Part shown: in pieces, positions 1-8,000 of the stretch
Layout: every line of letters starts with the position of its first letter
Numbering within the stretch: the stretch's first letter is position 1
DNA from: an uncultured Chitinophaga sp.
GTDB lineage: Bacteria > Bacteroidota > Bacteroidia > Chitinophagales > LD1
DNA: 64,000 nt
Direction: 5' to 3'
Assembly: GCA_964423405.1 (NCBI GenBank)
Contig: CAYREY010000001.1
Location: forward strand, 86,175-150,174
The notes under the pieces: generated by a model
What the model was told of the DNA's origin: nothing
The model's input: the letters and a program-made list of their open reading frames with translations, nothing else
Databases searched by the model: none
Program-made: the position numbers and the translations under genes

Positions 1-168
1 ATAGGCATTATAGAAGAAGTGATAGAAAACCCGGCGCAAATACTGTTGCAGGTAAACCGCAATGGCAACGAGGTGCTGATACCACTGGTAGATGATTTTG
101 TAGTAGAAATAAACGAAGCTGAAAAGGAGATACTATTAACCCTGCCCGAAGGGCTGCTTGATTTGTAG
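1..168 (+). CDS. rimM: 16S rRNA processing protein RimM, C-terminal part (5'-truncated by window)
   Basis: Frame 1 reads IGIIEEVIENPAQILLQVNRNGNEVLIPLVDDFVVEINEAEKEILLTLPEGLLDL*, a PRC-barrel end typical of RimM; sits directly upstream of trmD-rplS. Confidence 0.9.
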   Translation: MGIIEEVIENPAQILLQVNRNGNEVLIPLVDDFVVEINEAEKEILLTLPEGLLDL

Positions 169-177
169 ATAAAACCA

Positions 178-867
178 ATGCCACCCATGCATATAGATGT
201 AATAACCGTACTACCCGAACTGCTGGTAAGCCCGTTTAACCACTCCATACTTAAGCGCGCCAAAGACAAGGGCCTGCTTAGAATAAACCTGGTAAACCTG
301 CGCGACTTTAGTACCAGTAAACAAAAACAGGTAGATGACTACCAGTATGGTGGCGGTGCAGGTATGGTAATGATGTGTGAGCCTATCAGCAACTGTATAG
401 AACACCTGAAAAAAGAACGCAGCTACGACGATATAATATACATGACACCCGATGGAGAACAGATGAACCAACGGATGATGAACAGTTTCTCACTAAAACA
501 AAACCTGATAATACTGTGCGGGCACTATAAAGGTATAGACGAGCGGATACGCCAGTTGTACATTACCCGCGAGGTTAGCATAGGCGACTATGTGCTGAGC
601 GGCGGCGAACTGGCAGCGGCTGTTTTTGTAGATGCGGTGGGTCGCCTGTTACCCGGTGTGCTCAACGATGAAACATCGGCCCTGTTCGATTCTTTTCAGG
701 ATAATTTGCTTTCGCCGCCGGTATACACCCGCCCCGAAACATTTATGGATTTGAAAGTACCCGAGGTACTATTAAGTGGACACGAACGCAACATACGCGA
801 GTGGCGGCACGAACAGGCACTGGAACGCACCCGCCTACGCAGGCCCGATCTGCTTGATAATGAATAA
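178..867 (+). CDS. trmD: tRNA (guanine37-N1)-methyltransferase
   Basis: Motifs [53 protein letters not shown]; rimM-trmD-rplS synteny. Confidence 0.98.
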   Translation: MPPMHIDVITVLPELLVSPFNHSILKRAKDKGLLRINLVNLRDFSTSKQKQVDDYQYGGGAGMVMMCEPISNCIEHLKKERSYDDIIYMTPDGEQMNQRMMNSFSLKQNLIILCGHYKGIDERIRQLYITREVSIGDYVLSGGELAAAVFVDAVGRLLPGVLNDETSALFDSFQDNLLSPPVYTRPETFMDLKVPEVLLSGHERNIREWRHEQALERTRLRRPDLLDNE

Positions 868-965
868 GTAATATCAACAATGCTGATTTCAGTTGGCCTT
901 GCTGTAATTGTTGGCAACTAATACAGGAATAATACAAAGGGACTTTCTTTTTCGGTAAACTTTAC

Positions 966-973
966 TATTTTTG
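966..973 (+). promoter_or_regulatory. Candidate Bacteroidota sigmaA -7 element (TATTTTTG) for rplS
   Basis: Matches TAnnTTTG consensus 37 bp upstream of the rplS ATG. Confidence 0.5.
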
Positions 974-1010
974 CGTGCCTTTTTAGAAAATACATAAAAG
1001 TTATAAAGCC

Positions 1011-1388
1011 ATGAACTTAAAAATTAAAGCTGTAAACGACGCCCTGTACGCTGCCAACAAACATCCGCAATTTGGCCCCGGCGATAACATTACCGTATCT
1101 TATAAAATTACCGAAGGTAACAAAGAGCGTATCCAGGAGTTCCGTGGAGACGTGATTCAGGTTCGTGGCGAAGGCGCTACCAAAATGTTTACCGTTCGTA
1201 AAATGAGCAATGGTGTAGGTGTAGAGCGTGTATTCCCTCTGCTTTCTCCATTTGTAGATAGCATTACTGTAAACAAAATTGGCCGTGTACGCCGTGCTAA
1301 ACTGTTCTACCAGCGTAAGCGTAGTGGTAAAGCAAGCCGTATTCAGGAAAAACGTATGGCTGAAGAAACTACAACTGCTGCTGAATAA
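1011..1388 (+). CDS. rplS: 50S ribosomal protein L19
   Basis: PQFGPGDNITVSYKITEGNKERIQEFRG...FTVRKMSNGVGVERVFPLLSP...GRVRRAKLFY. Confidence 0.98.
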   Translation: MNLKIKAVNDALYAANKHPQFGPGDNITVSYKITEGNKERIQEFRGDVIQVRGEGATKMFTVRKMSNGVGVERVFPLLSPFVDSITVNKIGRVRRAKLFYQRKRSGKASRIQEKRMAEETTTAAE

Positions 1389-1410
1389 GCAATATCTGTA
1401 TATGACTTAT

Positions 1411-1443
1411 AAAAAAGCTCCGTTCAATGAACGGAGCTTTTTG
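1411..1443. terminator. Bidirectional intrinsic terminator
   Basis: AAAAAAGCTCCGTT-caatg-AACGGAGCTTTTT between convergent genes. Confidence 0.9.
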
Positions 1444-1463
1444 TTTTTATGACTTACAATCAA

Positions 1464-2219
1464 TTATCTGCTACCAAGATTGTGTTCTTTAATATCAAAG
1501 TAGCAACCAGAGCAAACCAGTTTTATTTTAGCAAATGCCTCTGACCTATCATTCCATTCACCTTCTTTCAACCTCTCGACTTCGCAGTCATTACACCATG
1601 CCTGAAAGCTATCGCCAGGCTCCAATAACATATCAGGTGATGAATCAAAAGCCTCGTTAAACCCATTTTTTGTATGCGTATTTAAGTGCTGACAAATAAA
1701 TGAGGCCCACCCTGCACTATGAGTATTGCACTCTACTACGTTCTCTATCATTAAATTTGCATACTGTTCACTAACTTCCTCTAACAGCAACATATATGTA
1801 TGCAGGTTATCAGAAGAAACTCTATATGCAGCTTTCGCATGAAGAAGTTTTGCAGCTATAGCCGTAAAATTCCATCCCATGTATTCATCGGCTTGTAAAA
1901 GCCCGGTACATAGTTCATCTATCTTGTTATCGTGACCAAATTGCTGCACTTTATGCACAGGTAACTTTACTCTTGCAGAAATATTAGGGTTATCCCACGA
2001 CCATTTCCAAGTATTACTTCTGGTTGAAAAAGTACCTACAAGCAGGTAGTTAAAATATAGCTTAGCATTACCCTTTTGTAAGTAAAATACACCTGCATCC
2101 TGTACTTGGTGCCAGTCTTCATACCAATCTAATCCGTAGTTCAGCTTAAACCTATCCTGAAGTATTTCCAGTTCCTCACAACACTTATCTGCAAACGTAC
2201 GGTACTCGTTAACTGTCAT
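1464..2219 (-). CDS. Uncharacterised protein, DUF6882-like N-terminal region plus Cys/His-rich C-terminal region
   Basis: VGTFSTRSNTWKWSWDNP resembles DUF6882; C-terminal CNTH..FICQHL..WCNDCE..CSGCY suggests Zn binding. Confidence 0.6.
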   Translation of the reverse strand: MTVNEYRTFADKCCEELEILQDRFKLNYGLDWYEDWHQVQDAGVFYLQKGNAKLYFNYLLVGTFSTRSNTWKWSWDNPNISARVKLPVHKVQQFGHDNKIDELCTGLLQADEYMGWNFTAIAAKLLHAKAAYRVSSDNLHTYMLLLEEVSEQYANLMIENVVECNTHSAGWASFICQHLNTHTKNGFNEAFDSSPDMLLEPGDSFQAWCNDCEVERLKEGEWNDRSEAFAKIKLVCSGCYFDIKEHNLGSR

Positions 2220-2237
2220 TATAAGTGGCTGATTTGA

Positions 2238-2654
2238 TTATAAAAAGTCTCTGGTCCTTAATTTTCTTTCGCCTTTCTTTTGTGAGTGCAGGCGTTTGTT
2301 TTTGCGTATATCTTCCTTAATTGCTTTAGGCACGGTGGTGGGTATACGCTTCTTTTCAGGTTCAAAGGCCTTTTGCAGCATGGTATAAAACTTGGCAATT
2401 ACATGCTCTTTATTAGCACCCTGCGAGCGGTGCTGGCTGCTACACAGGCTGAATATACCGTCATCGTTAATACGGTTAACCCATTTTTTAGCAAACTTCT
2501 CCTTTTCAGCATCGGTTAGTATGGCCGATTTATGTACATCAAAAAGCAGTTCTACCTTCGTTTCGGTTTTGTTTACATGCTGCCCTCCTGCCCCACCGCT
2601 ACGCGATGTGCGGAAGGTCATTTCACTCTCCAGATTTCTTTTCTTCAGGTTCAT
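2238..2654 (-). CDS. arfB: Alternative ribosome rescue peptidyl-tRNA hydrolase ArfB (YaeJ)
   Basis: RSGGAGGQHVNK (GGQ motif), RSQGANKE, basic C-terminal tail; start moved to ATG at 2654. Confidence 0.93.
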   Translation of the reverse strand: MNLKKRNLESEMTFRTSRSGGAGGQHVNKTETKVELLFDVHKSAILTDAEKEKFAKKWVNRINDDGIFSLCSSQHRSQGANKEHVIAKFYTMLQKAFEPEKKRIPTTVPKAIKEDIRKNKRLHSQKKGERKLRTRDFL

Positions 2655-2827
2655 TCCGCAAAGATTATGAAAATAAACGGAGCATACCTTGTTAGCATTA
2701 TCATGTGTTGCAACGGGTAACTCAAACAATAAAATTTGCTATTGTTTTGCAAGACAAAAAACAACCTCTATTTTACGGTCTCTTTTCAACCCCGGCAGTT
2801 TTATCACACTTTAAACAGTTTTAGTAA

Positions 2828-4591
2828 ATGGCAAAAAAATTACTTGCTGCTGTATTGGTATTTATAGCAACTTACACACAAGCACAGTATTGTGGTAACT
2901 CGGGAACGTATCAGTGTACTACATCGGCACTGGCACAGCCCTGGCTTACCCCTCACCCCGATTCGCTACCGGCCTTTGTAAACGGGCAGCCGGCCAACAC
3001 CACTATTTTCTTTAAAAATTTCAACACCGTATATTTTGGCGGAGGGTATTACACTGTAAACTCGCTGCGTATAGACACGGTAGATAACCTGCCACCCGGA
3101 CTATGCTGGGCCAGCAACAAACCCAACAATACCTACGCTAACCAGGAGAGCGGCTGTATACAGGTAAGCGGTGTACCCTGTGGCCCTACCGGCCAATACA
3201 AAATGCGGATAATTGTAACCGTTGACCTGGGTTTTGGTAATGCGCAGGTAGATGCCGACCAGGCAGGATTAAAGTATTATGTACGCCTTAAAAACAGCAG
3301 CGATGCCGATACACCGGTAGATAGTACACAAACTGCAGCCAATGCCTTTATACCGTATGGCGGTAGTTGCGGCACACTACCGCTTAACGCATTTATTGGC
3401 AATAACACCAGCGTGTGCAGCGGCAGTATAGCCACCCTGCAACCCGCAGTAAGCGGCGGTACGGCACCTTATACATATGCATGGAGCGCAACAGGTAACA
3501 CCCTTAGCTGCAACAACTGCGCTAACCCATGGGCTACTATTACCCAAAACAGCAGCTTTACCGTTACTGTAACCGATGCCAATAACAATACTGTAACCGA
3601 TACCATTAGCTACACGGTAACAGGTGGGGCCAACAACTTTGTGGTAACTGCCGGTGGCGCTACTACTTTTTGCCAGGGCAGTACCGTACAGCTAAGTGGT
3701 AGCAGTGGCGGTTCATACAGTTACCAATGGCTGAAAGATAATGCAAACATTGCCGGGGCAACCAGCCTGCAACTTACCGCCGGCAGCGGTGGCAACTACC
3801 GGTTGCTGTATTACAACAACCTGTGCTATGCTACCAGCAATATTGTAAACATTACTACCCTGCAGGCACCCAATGCTGTAGCAACAGCACAGCCTGCCAC
3901 TGCCTGCACCGGTGATACCATTACACTTAGCGCACAGGCCGACACCACTATTAACCAGTACCAGTGGTTATTTAATAATAGTACAGCCGGCACTAACAAC
4001 ACGTTTGATGCTACCGCTGCCGGTGTGTATAAACTGGTGCTAAAAAACACGTCCGATTGCTATGATACTACTACTATAACTATTGCATTTAAAGCACTGC
4101 CACAGGTAAGCCTTAGTGGCAATGCCGATACAGCCTGTACTAACAGTAGTATAATAGCACTAAGTGGTGGTGTACCAGCAGGCGGTACATACAGCGGACC
4201 CGGGGTAACCGGCAGTTCTTTTAACGCAGCACAAGCCGGTGCAGGCATACATGCTATTACCTACGCTTACACCGACACTGCCGGTTGTAGCAACAATGCT
4301 AACGAAACAATAGTGGTAGATGTATGTGCCGGCATTAACGATTTAGCGGCTCAGCAGCTATTGCTGTATCCTAACCCTGCCACTACACTGGTAACCATAA
4401 CAGGTAACGCCATTAACAATACGGCTACGCTGCAGGTTGCTGATGCCACAGGAAAAACGGTAAGCGTACCTTACACTATAACCGACACATTAATTACTGC
4501 CGATGTACAACTACTTGCCAAAGGACTATATTACTTAACCATAAAAACAAACTACACTACTACACAAACAGTTTTGATGAAAGCCAATTGA
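2828..4591 (+). CDS. Secreted Ig-like/SprB-repeat protein with T9SS type A C-terminal sorting domain
   Basis: Signal peptide ending TQA-Q; Thr/Ser/Gly-rich beta repeats (SGGTAPYTYAW, YQWLKD); C-terminal LYPNPATTLV...LAKGLYYLTI. Confidence 0.88.
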   Translation: MAKKLLAAVLVFIATYTQAQYCGNSGTYQCTTSALAQPWLTPHPDSLPAFVNGQPANTTIFFKNFNTVYFGGGYYTVNSLRIDTVDNLPPGLCWASNKPNNTYANQESGCIQVSGVPCGPTGQYKMRIIVTVDLGFGNAQVDADQAGLKYYVRLKNSSDADTPVDSTQTAANAFIPYGGSCGTLPLNAFIGNNTSVCSGSIATLQPAVSGGTAPYTYAWSATGNTLSCNNCANPWATITQNSSFTVTVTDANNNTVTDTISYTVTGGANNFVVTAGGATTFCQGSTVQLSGSSGGSYSYQWLKDNANIAGATSLQLTAGSGGNYRLLYYNNLCYATSNIVNITTLQAPNAVATAQPATACTGDTITLSAQADTTINQYQWLFNNSTAGTNNTFDATAAGVYKLVLKNTSDCYDTTTITIAFKALPQVSLSGNADTACTNSSIIALSGGVPAGGTYSGPGVTGSSFNAAQAGAGIHAITYAYTDTAGCSNNANETIVVDVCAGINDLAAQQLLLYPNPATTLVTITGNAINNTATLQVADATGKTVSVPYTITDTLITADVQLLAKGLYYLTIKTNYTTTQTVLMKAN

Positions 4592-4705
4592 CCCTAGTGA
4601 AATACACAACCAGCCGGATGCAGCTGCGGGCATACTACATGCATACCCTCCGTTACTGCAAACAGGTTGCGTACATTAAATTACTTACACCACCAAACTA
4701 CAAAC

Positions 4706-5026
4706 ATGATTACCAAACAAATTTTACTACCCTTGCTGGTGCTTTGTTTTGCATTGGAAGACTGCAATAAACTAAGCAAATGCAAACGCTATGTAGGCGA
4801 TTATAACGACCGCAACCAGGTACTATCTATTAAATACGATGGGGTAAACTTTACGCTGGAAGAAGCTGGCCAGGTGATACCCTGTAGCTGCACCAACGAA
4901 GGCACCCTACAGCTAAAAGGTACGGTAAGTACAATTATTTATCTTAGTGAAGACAGCACCGGGCGTAAGCGTTTTTGCTTTGCACAAGACACACTAAAAG
5001 AAGATTGTATTTATGCCCGCAAGTAA
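4706..5026 (+). CDS. Small Cys-rich exported protein/lipoprotein of unknown function
   Basis: Hydrophobic N-terminus followed by Cys (LEDC), five further Cys; followed by a terminator; start moved to ATG 4706. Confidence 0.6.
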   Translation: MITKQILLPLLVLCFALEDCNKLSKCKRYVGDYNDRNQVLSIKYDGVNFTLEEAGQVIPCSCTNEGTLQLKGTVSTIIYLSEDSTGRKRFCFAQDTLKEDCIYARK

Positions 5027-5042
5027 TAAAGGCATACCAACT

Positions 5043-5080
5043 AAAACAAAACGGGCCCCGATGGGGCCCGTTTTGTTTTT
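5043..5080. terminator. Bidirectional intrinsic terminator
   Basis: AAAACAAAACGGGCCCC-gat-GGGGCCCGTTTTGTTTT between convergent genes. Confidence 0.92.
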
Positions 5081-5094
5081 ATAAAAAGTATGAC

Positions 5095-8000
5095 TTATCT
5101 GACTAATGTAACGTTGCCCGACTTTTGAATAGAGCTGCCGTTAGAGCAAATTCCACTAACTACATAAACGTAGGTGGCTACGTCGGCCGATTTGCCGTAA
5201 GGGCCATTACCATCCCAGCCATCGTTCAGGTTAGCGGTTTCAAAAACCAGTTTACCCCAACGGTCGTAAACACGGAAGAAATCGAGCTTACGAAGGCCTA
5301 TACCGCGAACTAAAAGAACATCGTTCAATCCATCGCCATTAGGTGTAAACGTGTTAGGTATGTATATCGATTCCGGATCGCAATCTATTACCCGTATTTT
5401 TACCGAGTCTACCCCTGGGCAGCCATACTGGTTGGTAGCGGTTACATATACTATTTGATTTTGCGTAGCTGTAAGGTATGGCCTGCGGCAGTCAACACAG
5501 TTCATAGAATCTACCGGAGTCCACAGGTACGATACATCATCGGGCGAAGAAGCATACAACTGTATCCGGGTGCCCGGTGTTACCGTTTGATCATCGCCGG
5601 CCTGCACTACAGGGTTTGGTGCAATTGTTAGGTGCAATACTTCTGTATCGGGTATACAGGTAGAGCTACGTATAATAACAGTGTAGGTATAATCGCCCGG
5701 TGGCGGTGCCACTACAGGGTCCTGGATATTAGGTGCGTTCAGGAAAGTGGGCGGGGTCCAGGTATAAGAGGTATCGTTGTAAGAGGCCTGGTATACCGAC
5801 AGATCGAGCGGCAACACACCTGCTTCGCACAACAGCGTGTCTGTTATGTTCAACTCAGCCTCTACCTTATCAATTACATATACACGTACCTGCCGCGATA
5901 TTGTACATCCGGTGCTGTTACCACCGGTAACACGATAAACAGCACTATCGGGCGGAAATACCTTGGGGTTAACCGAGTTGGTATCGTCTATAAACAGGTT
6001 TGGGGTCCATGTAGCAGCAGTTACGTTAGGCCCGGCACTTAATTGCAGGGTATCGCCCAAACAAATACGGAACGAAATACCCGGGAATATAGGAGGCAGC
6101 TTATCTACATTCACCCGAATTGTATCGCTGGCCACACAACCAATATTGGTAGTAGCAGTTACATATAAAGTAAGCGTATCGGGTGCTGAGCAGATTACAC
6201 TTTTGCAGGTATCGCAATCGAGGTAGGTAGGTGATGGTGACGAGGTCCAGGTAAAATGATCGCCAAACTCAGACTCCAGCCTTACATAGTTTCCTTTACA
6301 AACGGTAGTATCATCTGGTAGGTTAGGATAAGGAATAATACCCACCACAATAGTATCTACCGGGTACGATACCACACAGCCCACGCTATCGGTAAGTGTA
6401 AACACCGGATAATAGTTACCGGCCAGGGTGTACTCATGGCTTAAGTTAACCGTATCATTCAGTACCATACCATCACCCAGATCGAGCGTACTGCTAACGG
6501 TAGATTGTGTAGTACCGCTTATAGAAATGGTAAGGGGCACACAACCACTATCGGGCGTGGCAGTAAAGTTACCAATTGGACCACGCACACGTATCATGTC
6601 TATATAAGTTGTTGTATCGCGGCAGCCTGACGAATCATAGGCAATAAGTGTAACATCATAATCGCCGGGGAAAAAGTAAACATGCAGCGGCTGAAAAGCT
6701 GTACTGGTATCGCCATCGCCAAAGTGCCACTCCCACATCAAATCGGTACGGTTAGTACTATTAAAAAACTGAACCGGGAAAGGTGGGCAAGGAGCAAAAC
6801 TGGTGGTTACAAAAAAGTCGGCTGACGGTGTATCTACATTCACAGCATTAACCAACGTAAATGTATCGGGACAGTTAGTAGCATACGTGTACACAATAAG
6901 TGTTACTGTATAGCTACCAGAAGCTGCATAGGCATGCGAAGGATTTTGCAGGGTGCTGGTGGTTCCATCGCCAAAATCCCAGAAAGCTGTATTGGCAGGT
7001 GTAACGTTGGTAAATTGCAGCGACTCGCCCGGACAGGCTATCGAATCAACTGTAAAGAAGGCATCCGGACGTTGTACGTTTATATCCACATTATCGAAAT
7101 CGGTGCAACCATGATTATCGGTTAGTGTAAGTACCGCGGAATAAATACCCGGATTGACGTATGTATATGTTGGAGTGGCTACGCTATCTATGTCGCCGGT
7201 ACCAAAATCCCAGCTCCAGCTAACTATGGTACCCATAAAAACGGTACTAGTATCTCTTAAATTTACAGTCAGCGGATCGCAACCTACATATGGGTCGGCT
7301 ACCGCAGCGGCGATAATACCGTAGGCAGTAATGTAGGCTGTTTTAACCAGTGTATCGGGGCATTGGCCGCCGGGGTTGGTTATAAGGGTAACATCGTACA
7401 AGCCGGGTACCGTGTAAGTGTGTACAGGGTTTTGGGTGGTTGCAAAACTACCATCGCCAAACTCCCATCGCCAGCCTTGTGCCAGTGCCGACTCATCGGT
7501 AAAGGTTACCGCAAAAGCCGTACAGCCCACCGTGGTATCGGCGCTGAATGCTGTGCCTGCCGAACCAACCGGAATGCTTTGTTTCATGGAATCGACACAA
7601 CCGGTGGTAGCATTGGTTACAACCAGGGTAATCTCATACACGTCAGTGCTGGGGAATACGTGTAAAGGGCTTTGCTGGGTACTGGAAGTCCCATCGCCAA
7701 AATCCCAGAACCAGGTTTCGGCCCCCTGCGAGGTATCGTTAAACTGTATAGTAGTGGGCAAAGTACAGTCGTAATCGAAATAAAACTGTGCCTTGGGCAC
7801 TACTATCAATATATAATCTATCCGTTCGGTATCGGTACGGCAGCCTTCGTTTATTACTGTAAGGGTAACTGTGTACACACCAGTATCGGAGTAAGCATGT
7901 GTAGGGTCTTGCAACGTACTATTTACACCATCACCAAATTCCCACAGCCATAACGTGTTGTTATCAAAACCTTGTGTGTTATTAGTAAAGTTAACCGGCT

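Noticed and set aside
844-5810. GATC (Dam/Sau3A-type) avoidance as the cause of TC depletion
   Set aside because: GATC occurs repeatedly (e.g. near 845, 5375, 5589, 5801), so a single 4-bp site does not explain the pattern
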